Positions 25,607 through 37,801 are shown, counted from the stretch's first letter. The stretch is 64,000 bases of DNA from Felis catus (GCF_018350175.1 NC_058368.1:11966001-12030000); one strand, 5' to 3'. Notes: generated by a model not told the origin, from the sequence alone. A program made the numbers and translations.

Positions 25607-26549
25607 TGACATAGTAGCTTTTAATTTAGGTCTTATGAGACAAGATCTCTCAGAGGAATTTTTTTCTTTTTCTCTTTTGAATTTTGACAGTTCATTTGTG
25701 ACAAAATGCCATCTTAGGAACGTTTCATTCCAGCATATGAGTAGCTATAACCCATTAAATTAAGGATGAGATATTAAATTAAACGTATTTTTCTAATGTA
25801 GATTGAAATTAAATATTACTCATACTGAAATTAGTACTCACCGACTTTTCAGGAACACATATCCACCTTCATTATAATTCACCTTTCCATGTATTGAAGA
25901 AATTGAATTTATTATTCGATCAAGTTGTTAAATAAAAGTAAAAGTTCTTTGCAATGTGTGTTTGTGTGAATGTGTGTGCGCACTGAGGGAGGTGGCAATG
26001 TGTTTAATGGTACCTTCAGCCTCCAGAGCAGACAACATTTTCTGCTGCTGGTCTTGATTTTCTTTTATACTTCCAGATACATTCCCAGCAGGACCTTAAT
26101 GTAGTTAAATGAGCTTATAATGGCTAAAGGGAGAAAACGGTCTCCTAGATGGCATATTGGAATGCCCCTTCTGAGAAAAGAATTACAGCAAAACTCCGAC
26201 CTAATTGTGAAAACATCAAACTTATAAAAGCATGAAATTGCATCTTAGGGTGCACGTGAATTAATATTCTCGTCACGCTGGAGATTTTTCCACGTATGTC
26301 AGCGCTCAGTAGCACACAGGCTTTTGCACCACTGAGGATGGCATTGCAAAGCTGTATTGTCTGCTGAAGAAAAAAGAATAAAGGAAAATAAGTGAAATAC
26401 CCAGAAGAGTTGGGGCTGCTCCATGAGTGAAGGATGCTTTAAGGATGGCCTTTCTCTGAAATTCCACTCTCGTGTTCTGCCCCAAGTGGGAGTAGAGCCG
26501 TTTCTCGCGGACCGATGAGCCCCGGGAATTTGTGGGGTTTGCCAATTTT

Positions 26550-26669
26550 GAAAAAAATTTTTTAGTGTTTATTTATTTTTGAGAGAGACAGAGACAGAGC
26601 ACGAGTGGGGGAGGGGCAGAGAGAGAGGGAGACACAGAATCGGAAGCAGGCTCCAGGCTCCGAGCTGTC
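26550..26669 (-). mobile_element. 5'-truncated Can-SINE (3' half only)
   Basis: Tail, (GA)n and GGCTCCAGGCTCCGAGCTGTC, then abrupt loss of similarity; no TSD seen. Confidence 0.9.
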
Positions 26670-27084
26670 CAGAGGATCAGGGCCACGCCAGATGGCCCAA
26701 CACCACACCTGGAAACACGTCACTGCCACCTCTACTCAACTGCAATGTCAGTATGTTTGCAAAGGGACTATCCGGTGCTGCATGCCCGTGTTGCTGTGTG
26801 AAGCAGAGTAAACCATCTCTGAGCCCCAGATAAGGCCCTTCGGAGACCTGCGGATTCTGAGCAAGTTGGGCTGATGGTGTGAAAAGGCAGAAGAAAAAAG
26901 AACTATCTCCTACCTACCTAGCATTTTTTTACTCTTGATTTTAAATAGGAGTAATAATTTGGGGGGCCAGTAGTTTGAAAACAGCCCTCACTAGAAAATG
27001 GTTCTCTGGCATATGTCTACACGGACGGTAACATACTCACTTGGGGACGAGGCAAGGAGCTCTTCCAAAGCAGAGGTGAAGGGC

Positions 27085-27870
27085 ACTGGCCCTGAGATCA
27101 GAGAGAGTAGGTTCTAATCTCAGCTCTGTGCTCTTGAGCACATCCCAGTAGATTCTCGTTTTTCACGGTAGTTCTGTTTTACGAAGTCGCCACGAACACT
27201 GAAATAACACTGAAATGCAGGGTTAGGCGACCCTTTTCGTCAAGTGATCAACACATACCCCAGTTTTACGTGTGTCTCTGTTTAAGCGCATTTACTGACT
27301 ACGTATTGTTGACTCATTGACATTGCAATCCTGGCAAACAGCACTGTAAACGAGACGGGAACAGAGCTTATCTAATGCACACGTTTTCTCTGCGAAGCAG
27401 AGTCTAGGCTCTGCAGGAACGGAGGGACACTAGACAACACCTCAGCGCTGCGTTTGGGAGTCTTTTTCAACAGTGAAATCACCAACCAAAAGCCCAGAAA
27501 CGCGAAAAACGCGGCCCTACCTAGATGGCAGGAAGGACACTTGCCTCTGTGAAAGCTGAAGCAATAGGGCAGAGCACTGCCTTGTGGGACCTCCCCTGGA
27601 AGGGGCGTGCAGGCAGCTCAAAGTTTTCCTTGCTCCGCCCATGTCCACAAACAGCCATGAAAAGTACCATGAGTTTTGATGTTGAGGGACAAGTAAATTT
27701 TTGTGAGTAGGTGAATTCCTCAATAAAGAATGCATAAAGAATGGGGACCAGCTGTACTTCACCTCCATGTACTTTAGTCTCCTCATCTGTGTATTAGAGA
27801 TTGTACAATTTCTTCTAGAAGATTTCTGGGAAGGTTAAATGAGATGAGGTTTTCACAGCACCTGGTCCAT
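27085..27870 (+). mobile_element. MIR split by MER82
   Basis: GTAGGTTCTAATCTCAGCTCTG before MER82; CTCCTCATCTGTG...GGTTAAATGAGATG...CACAGCACCTGG after it. Confidence 0.7.
27146..27754 (-). mobile_element. MER82 (Tigger-derived) DNA transposon, near full length
   Basis: Ends CAGTAGATTCTCGTT and GAATGGGGACCAGCTG|TA; internal AACAGTGAAATCACCAACCAAAAG and AGCTTATCTAATGCACACGTTTTCTC match recalled MER82. Confidence 0.88.
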
Positions 27871-28277
27871 CTGAGCTCCTTCTTCTGTCTCTTCCCCTGC
27901 ATTCTTTCCAGCCTTGTCTTAGGACCCAGCCTGCTCCCCCCTGCCCTGGTCTTTCCCTCCACCAGTGTATACATCCAGACTCCAGTGGTTTCTCACCCGT
28001 ATCCTCTAATTCCGGTGTGCCTCCTCCTTTGAGACTGGGTGAACCCTCAACTTTGCCAAGAAGGTTTTCAGATAATCAATGCTGGTTGTGCCATACCTGT
28101 TAGGTGGTAACGCTTTGCTTGAATCTGGTTTTGGGGTCTTGTTTCCTCCTCCCTCGTATACTTCAGTGGGCAGGGAACATGTCTTCAGCCTTTCCTCTTC
28201 CTCACAGCACAGGCGCCAAAGCTGGGGGCTTTGAGGAAACGCCATAATTAATATGTTTGAGTGAATAAATGCACAAA

Positions 28278-28522
28278 GGAAAGAAGGGAGAAGGAAGAGA
28301 GGAAAGGAGAAGAGAAGAGGGAAAGGGAGGGGAGGGGAGAGGAGAGGGGAGGAGAAGGGAAGGGAGGACAGGGGAAAGGGAGGGGAGGGGAAAGGGAAGG
28401 GAGAGAAGGTAAGATAAGGTAAGAGAAGAGGAAAAGAGAAGGGAAGGGAAGGAAAAAAAAGAAAGAAAATAAGAAAAGAAACGAAAAGAAAAAAAGAAAA
28501 GAAAAGAAACGAAAAGAAAATA
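28278..28522. repeat. Polypurine (G/A) low-complexity tract
   Basis: About 245 bp almost purely G/A on the + strand, G-rich at the start and A-rich at the end. Confidence 0.95.
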
Positions 28523-28557
28523 AATGAGGTTTTCACAGCACCTGGTACATATGGGCT

Positions 28558-28762
28558 TAAAAAAATTTTTTTTTTAATGTTTATTTCTGAGAGAGAGAAA
28601 GAGAGAGAGTGCAGAGAGAGAGGGAGACACAGAATCCGAAGCAGGCTCCAGGCTCTGAGCTATCAGCAGAGAGCCTAACGTGGGGCTTGAACTCGTGAAT
28701 CTGGAGATCATGACCTGAACTCAAGTTGGACGCTTAACTGACTGGGCCACCCAGGTGCCCCC
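28558..28762 (-). mobile_element. Can-SINE (SINEC_Fc type)
   Basis: Full antisense body; TSD not clearly readable. Confidence 0.93.
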
Positions 28763-29260
28763 AAAACCTGGGTTTTCCGTACAGCATGTGCTTGCCTGCT
28801 CCATGTAGTTCAGGCTGAGAAGTCATTGTGACTGACAGAGGTACTTGATGTTCAGCAGTGAGTGTGGTTTAAGGGCTGTAGATTGCAGCTCTTTACTGCA
28901 TCTCATCAGGGTGCAGATTCATCACCACGGGGAGACTGGCAAAGCGGGAGGAGCAGCCGCGCAGAGGACGCAGTGGGCCATTCCTCTCACCGCCAGCAGA
29001 TGCGTCATGGAAGGTGTTTTGGACCAAATCTTACAGATACTCTGCTCTCAGATCCAGTTCTCCATCTGGCTAATTTCCTTTCTCTCTATTTCCTGTACCT
29101 GTGTAAACTGAGCTTGTTTGACACGACCCTCGTGGTCTTTGATGGCTTTCTGGCAACCCGACTTGCAATCAGCCACTTCCTCAAGATGCCTTGACTTCTC
29201 CTAGAGAGAAAGGGTAATTTCAGGACCAAATTGGGATGGTCAATTTGTGTCTAGTCCTTT

Positions 29261-29481
29261 AAAAATATTTTTTTAATGTTTATTTATCTTTGACAGACAG
29301 AGAGAGAGAGCACACACCAGCAGGGGAGGGGCAGAGAGAGGGAGACACAGAATCCGAAGCAGGCTCCAGGCTCTGAGCTGTCAGCACAGAGCCCAACGTG
29401 GGGCTCGAACTCATGAACCATGAGATCATGACCTGAGCCGGTTGGATGCTTAAAGGACTGAGTCAGTCACCCAGATGCCCC
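29261..29481 (-). mobile_element. Can-SINE (SINEC_Fc type)
   Basis: TSD TGTGTCTAGTCCTTT at 29246-29260 and 29482-29496. Confidence 0.96.
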
Positions 29482-29817
29482 TGTGTCTAGTCCTTTTAAG
29501 TTAACAAGGCTAAAGGGAAAAAACATATATATAACAAAACATCTCATGACTTCATATTGATAATCCCAATAAAAATTTGAGACAGATTTTATTTAACTTA
29601 TTCTCTTATGTCACCATCTCCTTTTTTCCATACTAAAAATGCTGGTTCTTAAGGACACAAGGAATGAAAAAGTCAGTATAAACCCTAATTATTTTTTAAA
29701 AATCCCATAATCACACACCACAGTCTCAGAATAAAAATACTAAAACCAATGTTGACAGCTGAAAAAAGCTTTTGCATGTGCTTCCTCCATTCTTCCCCCC
29801 TAAAATAATAGTTATGC

Positions 29818-31143
29818 CGATCCACAACTATATGGTCAACTTGTCTTCGACAAAGTAGGGAAGATTATCCAGTGGAAAAAAGACAGCCTCTCCAACAAAT
29901 GGTGTTGGGAAAACTGGACAGTAACATGCAGAAGAATGAAACTGGACCACTTTCTTACAGCATACACAAAAATAAACTCAAGATGGATGAAAGACTTAAA
30001 TGTGAGGCAGGAAACCCTCAAAACCCTAGAGGAGAACACAGGCAGCAACCCCTTTGACCTCGGCCAGAGCAACTTCTTACTAGACACATTGACAGAGACA
30101 AGGGAAACAAAAGCAAAACTGAACGATTGAGACTTCACCGAGATAAAAAGCTTCTGCACAGCGGAACAATCAACAAAACTAAAAGGCAACCTATGGAATG
30201 GGGGGAGATATTTGCAAATGGGATATCTGATAAAGGGTTAGTATCCAAAACAACTTATCAAACTCGACCCCCCAAAACAATGCAGTTAAGAAGGCAGAAA
30301 ACATGAATAGACACTTTTCCAAAGAAGACATCCAGATGGCTAGTAGACATATAAGAATATTCTTAACATTACTCATCATCAGAGAAATACAAATCAAACC
30401 ACAGTGAGATACCACCTCACACCTGTCAGGATGGCTAACATTAACAACACAAGAAACAACAGGTGTTGGCAAGGATGTGGAGAAAGGGGAACCCTCGTGC
30501 ACTGTTGGTGGGAATGCAAACTAGAGCAGCCACTCTGGGGAACAGTATGGGACGTTCCTAAAAAACTAAAAGTAGAACTATCCTATGACCCAGCAATTGC
30601 ACTACTAGATATTTACCCAAATGATGCAAAAATACAGATTTGAAGGTATGCATGTGCCCCCATGTTAACAGTAGCATTACCAATAATAGCCAAACGATGG
30701 AGAGAGCCCAAATGTCCATCGACTGATGAATGGATAAAGAAAATGTGGTATATATACAAGGAAATATTACTTAGCCATCAAAAATAATGAAATCTTGCCA
30801 TTTGCAATGATGTGGATGGAGCTAAAGGGTAATAAGTCAGTCAGAGAAAGACAAATACCATAGCATATGTGGAATTTAAGAAACAAAACAGATAAATATA
30901 TGGAAAAGGGGGGGGGGGGAAGAGGAGAGAGAGAAACAAACCACAAGAGACTCTTAATGATAGAGAACAAACTAAGGGTTGATGGAGGGAGGTGGGTGGG
31001 AGGTGGGCTAGATGGGCATTGGGTATGATGGAGGGCATTTGTGATGAGCACTGGGTGTTGCATATAAGTGATGAATCACTGAATTCGACTCCTGAAACCA
31101 GTATTGCACTGTATGATAACTAAAATGTAAATTACAAAAAAAA
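29818..31143 (+). mobile_element. 5'-truncated carnivore L1 (ORF2 C-terminus, 3' UTR, A tail), disrupted
   Basis: Translates to YGQLVFDK..IQWKKDSLSNKWCWENW..CRRMKLDHFLTAYTKINSRWMKDLNVR and [30 protein letters not shown], with stops and frameshifts; degenerate TSD AGTTATGC/AGTCATGC. Confidence 0.96.
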
Positions 31144-31570
31144 GTCATGCTAAGCCTGTATTGTCAGCACCTATAGCCATTATGTACTATAGGTATTCTC
31201 TCATTCTAAACCTTCATTGGGTCTTAATTCTACAGGTTTACCAAATTTATTGCTCCCCCACTCATCTTCTGTCTCTCTAGTTATTTTGGTTATCTGAAGC
31301 TCATTCTCTAGTGGATTTCTCAAGAAGGGCTCATGGAAACAACATTCCTCGACTTCTTGCATATTGATAACAGTGTGTCTGTATCTTTTATACTTAAAAC
31401 CCAGTTTTGCTTGATATAAAACCAATGGCTTACATTTTTTTTCTTAAGGATTTAAAAATATGCCTTTCCATTTTCTTTTGCCATAAGTATTCTCTTTGAA
31501 AAGTTTGATGATAATCTAACTTTGTTTTCTTAGTTATCCATTCTTTTTTCTAGATGCCAAGACATTTTCT

Positions 31571-31623
31571 TTCCTTCCTTCCTTCCTTCCTTCCTTCCTT
31601 CCTTCCTTCCTTCCTTCCTTCCT
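31571..31623. repeat. (TTCC)n microsatellite
   Basis: Direct reading. Confidence 0.97.
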
Positions 31624-32154
31624 CACTTTCTCTCTCTCTCCATGTCTCCTCTCATTCTTTCTTTCTTTCCCTCCAGTAATTTTATTAGGTAATCTTTGGT
31701 CATTCTACATTGATATTCTTAGGTACAGTATGTGCTCTTTCAATAGGTGGTTTCAACTCTTTTTATTTTAGGAAAGTTTTCCTGAATTATAGTTTTTTAC
31801 CATTCACTCTGTTCCCTTGCTTTTGATTTTTTCTTCAGATACTTATATTATCTTCATTTTAAATCTTCAATATTTGTTATTTTCTCTCAAATCCTTTTTA
31901 TCTCTTTCTTCATTTTTTGTTGATTTTTTTCAATTTTCCTCTTTCTATCTTTTGTGTCTCTTAAGGCATTATTTTTTGTCTTTTCATTCTTGTGTTTCTT
32001 CTGGTTTAGTCTTTAATTCTGATAAACTTTTGAAAAAAACTTTTCCTGAGTTATGCAGCTTCATTTCTGAGTTTTTCTAACTCTTATTTATGTTTTCTTT
32101 CATGTGTTACACTTTTTAAAAACATCTTCTACTATTTGAAATAGTAAATTATAG

Positions 32155-32370
32155 GGTTTTTTTTTTTCAACGTTTATTTATTTTTGGGACAGAGAGAGAC
32201 AGAGCATGAACGGGGGAGGGGCAGAGAGAGAGGGAGACACAGAATCGGAAACAGGCTCCAGGCTCTGAGCCATCAGCCCAGAGCCCGACGCGGGGCTCGA
32301 ACTCCCGGACCGCGAGATCGTGACCTGGCTGAAGTCGGACGCTTAACCGACTGCGCCACCCAGGCGCCCC
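32155..32370 (-). mobile_element. Very young SINEC_Fc
   Basis: Near-consensus with CpGs intact; TSD AGTAAATTATAG at 32143-32154 and 32371-32382. Confidence 0.98.
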
Positions 32371-32691
32371 AGTAAATTATAGTTTTGATCGGCTTTGTGG
32401 GCATGTCTTTCTACTATGCTTTAGTTGTCTGTAGGATGTTATTCTGCTCTTTACTCCTTTTTCCTTATGGTAAATTTGTATAGGATTTGACCTTGAGGAT
32501 TTTCTGTTGTCAGCTTTTAGGCGGAGTTAGTTTTCCTGAAATCTTAGAACGAGATCGAGTCCAAAAGCATTCCTCTAACTCAAGGAGTGCCCGCTTCTGT
32601 TATTTTGTGTCGTTTACAAAATCTGGTGACTTTGCTTTCTGAGGTTTCTGGGGTCGGTTTCCTTCCCACTTTGACCTGGGCCTTTGCTTTA

Positions 32692-32927
32692 TTTTATTTT
32701 ATTTTATTTTATTTTATTTTATTTTATTTTTAAACGTTTATTTATTTTTGAGAGAGAGAGAGAGACCCACAGAGTGTGAGGGGGAGGGGCAGAGAGGGAG
32801 TCACTGAAGTAGGCTCCAGGCTCTGAGCTGTCAGCATGGGGCCGATGTGGGACTCGAACTCTTGAACTGTGAAATCATGACCTGAACTGAAGTCAGACGC
32901 TTAACTGACTGAGCCACCCAGACGCCT
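32692..32927 (-). mobile_element. Can-SINE with (TTTTA)n tail
   Basis: TSD CTGGGCCTTTGCTTTA at 32676-32691 and 32928-32943. Confidence 0.95.
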
Positions 32928-33104
32928 CTGGGCCTTTGCTTTAAAAAGTATGGACTGATTTCTGAATTTGCCAGAAATTCAGGGGCCACACTCATCTCTG
33001 CATTGTTCCAGGTTTAGTTTAGGTGCTACCAAAGCAAGCACAATTATAGCCTTTTGACAGGTTTTGCTGCTCTAACAATTCTTTCCATAGAAACTAATAT
33101 TTAA

Positions 33105-33690
33105 AAAAATGCAAATCTGATTATGTCACTTCCATCCCCACCCTGATTGCTCCGTGGCTTCCCACTGGACTTAGAATAAAATCGAAACTCTTGCCGTAGG
33201 CTCAAAGCTGTGCACGCCCTGGCCCTTGTCTTCTTCTCAGATTTTCTCTTATTTTCTACCTCTCTTCCCTAGCCCCCTCGCTCCAGTCAGACTTGTCTAT
33301 GTCCTGGAACAACCAAGCTTGTTCTGCCTCAGGACCTTTTCACCTGCTGTTCTCTTTTCTTGGAGCTCTCCCCTGCCTAGGGCTTCAGCTCTCACGTGCC
33401 TGGCTCTATCCCATCCTTCAAATATCAGCTCAGATGTAACCCTGACTGAGGTGATTCTTGGCCACCCTGTTTAAAGTGACCCTGCACCCCTGTCTGTCAC
33501 ATCTTTCTTTAATTTCCGTCTGAGCTCTTGTCACAGTCAAAAATTCTCTTAGCTTTTTCTTTACCTGTTTGCCACATGCTGACTGAGGCCGAGGATCTCT
33601 CTTGCCTTGTTTTCTACCATGTGTCCGCTGCCTCGTACAGTCCTGACACACAGTCAGGGCTCAATAAATATTTATTGAAAGAACAAATAA
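33105..33690 (+). mobile_element. L2 3' end
   Basis: AAAATGCAAATCTGATTATGTCACT...CCTCAGGACCTTTTCACCTGCTGTTC...CTCAATAAATATTTATTGAA. Confidence 0.88.
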
Positions 33691-36069
33691 GTTGGGTTCC
33701 CATCATCTGTGTGCTTTTAAAAATCTTCACTGCCTCACTGCCCCTTCCACCCTTTGTGCAGAGTCACTTCCTAGCGCACAGTGACGCCTTCCTTAGGACT
33801 TTTATCCCCTTACTCTGTTATTCAGCCATCCATTCACAATTGTATCTGCTTAATCCTCTCGACCGGGGGCTCCTTGCAGACAGAGTTAATGCTATTTGCC
33901 TCATGTCCCCAGCTCATAGTGGGGATGCAATAAATCTTCCTCGAATGAGTGAGTAGATGTTTTCTCCGGACAGCCGAGGTGAGAGGACATTTGGGAAGGC
34001 ACCCGACGAGTAAGCTTGGGAAGTTAGAGAGGAAAATATTTTCAAAGCCCACTCTTCCGCTGTGTGGCACTAAATGTGCTTTCTTCTGTGGTCCCTCATT
34101 TGATCCCCACGAAACCCTAGAAACTGGAGCAGGTTTTACTATTTTGAAACGAAGACACAGGAGCCTTGTGAGTTTAAGTCTGGACTTAACAAAGTCTAGA
34201 GGGAGTGAACTGAAGACAAAAAGCCATTTGATTCCAAGCACGGTGCTTTTTGCATGAAACCGGGCCGGGTGTGTGTCTAACACAGCACAACGAGACAAGC
34301 GTTCTTTCACGGATGATGAATGTCGGAAGGTAAATCCACAGAGAGCTTGCGTTGCTCTAGGCCAGTGCGGCATCATTGGAACAAGGGTATAAACTCGAAA
34401 GGGCTGTGATGGATAGGACCCATCTGGGTGCACAAAGCCTGGTGTGGATTTTTAAAACATAAGAGTCTGGCTATCATTCTTGTCTAGAACAGGAGCTGAG
34501 AACCAGACAAAGGTGGGGACATGATGGGTCAGGAGGAGGCGGGAGGTGGGAAAGGGTTGGTAAACAGGGCCGTGCGAGGATGAGTGAAGGTGCCGCGTGT
34601 GGCGGCCGCGGATTATGGACGGCAAGGAGCTGTGTGGGAGCTAAAGGGGTGATGATGGGCAGTTGGTGGCAAGGGGTGGCCGGAGCGCTTCTGCCAAGGT
34701 GGGGAATGAAGTGGGCGCCCCACGCCAAGGCCAGATCTTGTCCACGGCCTTGTGGTGCCCTGAGCGTGGGGACTCTGAAGTGTGCCTTCTGTCCGTGGCT
34801 GGTGTGCGTTTCCTGCGGGCTCCTCCATTCTCTCTCTACTTCAGATTTTCACTTCGAAGAAGCTGCACTACAGTCTAAGTTGGATTCTGGGAGACAAATG
34901 GCACGACGCTGCCACCTTCATTCCTCATTTACTCACTCTTTCAGGAGGGCCTCCTCATGGATGGTGGGTGCAGGCCACTGAGAACCTGAGGCTGAGTCTC
35001 CCGGGGACCCGGAGGGTGCCCCGAACAGAAGCAGGCCGTCGTCTCCCACGTTCAGGCAGCAGCCTCCCTGCCCCACACCCTCAGCCACCACGCGAGTTAG
35101 GGATGCTCGGCGTTTGTGGCATTTTCTGAGCACTGGCGGCTGCCCTGGGTGGAAAAGCCATTTGGAAGCTGGTGTCAGACCCTGTAACCCCGCCCGTCCC
35201 TGCCCAGCATCTCTGTCCCTCCCCTGTCCCACCTGTCCGCCTGGTGTCTCCATCTCTGGCCACAGACGCTTGGACCCCCGCCTCCCCATCGGGTTGGTCA
35301 GGTCAAGGTACTGATATGCTCTGGTTAAAGGACCCTGCTCTGGGAGACCACCTCGCTCCAAATACTTGCCCCCTGTCGCTTGCTAAAGTTTCACTCACTT
35401 CCTCCAGCAGCCCTCAAAGGTACCTGTTTCATAGTCCCAGGGTCAGTGTTAACTCGTCCTCCTCTTTTCCTTCCCTTTGCCTCACTGAACACTCATGGGA
35501 ATCACTAATACCCATTACCACACCTGGGAGCAGCGGTTCTCAAACCTCTCTGGAAAACGATGGCATTTCATTTATTTCATTTATAAGATCGAAAGCCCAA
35601 ACTTCGGCTGAAAGCAGCCACCAGCTCACGCTAGTCTCCCGTGTATGGACTCGTGGCAGAGAAGTACCGGCAGTCCGGGGAAAGTATATTGGGGGAAATT
35701 ATGAATTAAGAAAATTCCGTCCGTGAGCATGGTCCTCCTCTTCCAAATGAAGACCTGGGGATTGTGAGCCTCTGGCGGAGCCCCCTCCGTGTGCTGTGGG
35801 GATGAGGCAGCATTTGAAGGAGGGAGTGACGAGGGAAGGAATCACGCACGTCGTGCACCCACCATAGGAGAATCAACCCTGGGGGCTTTACGGTGAAGTT
35901 TAGGTGTCATCGGAGGGGGGCCCCGAGGGCTGGAGAGGGTTAAGAATAGCCAAGGGGTCCCTAGGAAGCTCCACGACAACATTTTTACCCTGGAGGAAAG
36001 CTGTATAGAGGGTTGGGAATGATACTAATAGCTAACACTTCTAATAATGTCTATGCCATGGCCACCACT

Positions 36070-36230
36070 GTTTTTTTTTTTTTCTTTTAAGCCACTTCAT
36101 TGAGACGTGACTGATATACAAAAGGCTGTATGTAATTAATGTATACAACTTGATGAGTATCTACCTATGAAACAATTACTAGAATCAATGCCATGAACGT
36201 GTCCATCGTCTCCAAAGGTTTCCTCCTGCC
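36070..36230 (-). mobile_element. L1MB-type extreme 3' end inserted in a MIR (~36020-36420)
   Basis: TTCATTGAGACGTGACTGATATACAAAAGGCTGTATGTAATTAATGTATACAACTTGATGAG; MIR core CATTTTACAGATGGAAAAACTGAGGCACAGAG at 36301. Confidence 0.75.
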
Positions 36231-36471
36231 TATTGGTCCCTTCATTCATTCATTTCATTCATTCATTCCAGCACTGTTTTAGGGGTGCTTGTATCATCAC
36301 CATTTTACAGATGGAAAAACTGAGGCACAGAGAGTTAGTTAGAGAGTTAGTTGCCCAGGGTTAGTTAGTAGAGGTGGGCTTTGTGGAGTCTGTGTCTTTA
36401 ACTACTGCCTTACCTGGCCTTGCTGACAACCGCCCTTCAGCGTTCCCTGCTCCCCACCAGCGGGTAGCCTC

Positions 36472-36509
<38 letters not shown>

Positions 36510-37362
36510 GGGGAGGGGGCGGGGGAGAGAGAGAGAGCATGCCAGTGAGCCCAGGGGTCAGCGCTAAGCCCCAGCAGCACTGAGACTCTGTTTTCCTCAG
36601 TGCCGTGTCCTTCCCACCCACACAGTGCTCAGGAAATGTTTGTTGACTCAGTGAAGGAATAAACTTAGATTTTTCTGAGCGCAGGGCTCATGTAGCTCTT
36701 TTGTTAGCAGTTATTTCGTGGCCTTCGTTGTGACCCAGTTTTCTTTTTTCATTTGGGTGAAAAACGATTCTGGCATTTAAACAGCATGACTTCATTGTTG
36801 ATTTTTTAAATCTATCCCCACCATCAAATTCCCCTTTTGGTATTTTGTCTCTCCTAATATATTTAAAAACATCTGTCTTTGTAGTCTTTTTCTTCTTTCT
36901 TCTGAATCTATGATGCATTTTAACAAAGGGTATTCTACATATGCAAAACAGCTATATTTTTTATTTTAATTTTTTTGATTCATTCCATAATAGAGGTTAA
37001 GAGTATAGCTTTTTGATAATAAAGAACTTTCTTACTATCTTTCTGATTGACGGAATAGGCAAAGGAAACACCATAATTGTGTGAAACGGTCTGACTTAGA
37101 AACCAATTATAAGGAACATAATTATCTACTAATAAAATATGCATGTAAGTCCTTGGTTGCTGCTTCTAATATTGCCGTAGACAAATGTGTAGCTAGCAGA
37201 AACTTGCATAAAGCAAATTGAAAGCCAACCCTTTCTAGATTATGTCTGAAAATCTTGTGACAGCCAATATCTCAGAATCAGAAATAATACCTGTTTTTTC
37301 TCCAGCAAATGTCTCACCATCTCCCCATTTGAGTGTGTGTGTATGTGTATGAACATGTGAGT

Positions 37363-37402
<40 letters not shown>

Positions 37403-37546
37403 ATGTGTCGGAGTGATGGGATGGCTCAGAAGGGATATTTTCTCATTGGAAATTAAAGTTCACAACTCCCCCTTTCTGTCTACTGATGATTATCAGTCTA
37501 TAGGTTTCTCTGAGCTTCAAAGCTGGAACTCTAAGGTTCTTTTTTT

Positions 37547-37801
37547 TTCTTTTAATTTTTTTTAATGCTTATTTATTTTTGAGAGAGAGACAGAGACAGA
37601 GAGAGAGGGAGAACAGAGGAAAGGCAGAGAGAGAGGGAGAACAGAGGAAAGGCAGAGAGAGAGGGAGACACAGAATCCGAAGCAGGCTCCAAGCTCCAGC
37701 TGTCAGCCCAGAGCCTGACGCGGGGCTCGAATTCACAAGCTGTGAGATCATGACCTGAGCCCAAGTCGGAGGCTTAACCGACTGAGCCACCCAGGTACCC
37801 C
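37547..37801 (-). mobile_element. Can-SINE with an internal 28-bp tandem duplication
   Basis: TSD GGTTCTTTTTTT at 37535 and 37802; unit CAGAGAGAGAGGGAGAACAGAGGAAAGG at 37597-37624 and 37625-37652. Confidence 0.95.

Larger units (their letters stand above)
31150..32650 (-). mobile_element. HAL1 or old-L1 ORF1 remnant; the host element probably also extends left of the carnivore L1 (~29500-29810)
   Basis: ORF 31201..31425 VLYQAKLGFKYKRYRHTVINMQEVEECCFHEPFLRNPLENEL resembles the ORF1p C-terminal domain (ILYPAKLSF..). Confidence 0.7.

Noticed and set aside
25841..25925. Minus-strand coding exon candidate (..GKVNYNEGGYVFLKS) ending at GTGAGT
   Set aside because: No polypyrimidine acceptor and an in-frame stop just upstream.
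26139..26158. CTCF-like motif CTCCTAGATGGCA
   Set aside because: Mismatches at the informative 5' CCA positions; single weak match.
28006..28536. 176-aa F/P/S/L-rich ORF
   Set aside because: Translation of the pyrimidine strand of the low-complexity tract.
31201..31425. ORF1p-like peptide as a possible domesticated gene (L1TD1-like)
   Set aside because: Only ~74 codons are open, and the surrounding element is broken by a microsatellite, a SINE and an L1; a decayed repeat.
33834..34433. Longest ORF in the track (199 aa, minus strand)
   Set aside because: Non-ATG start, overlaps MIR/L2-like sequence, no recognisable domain; consistent with chance.
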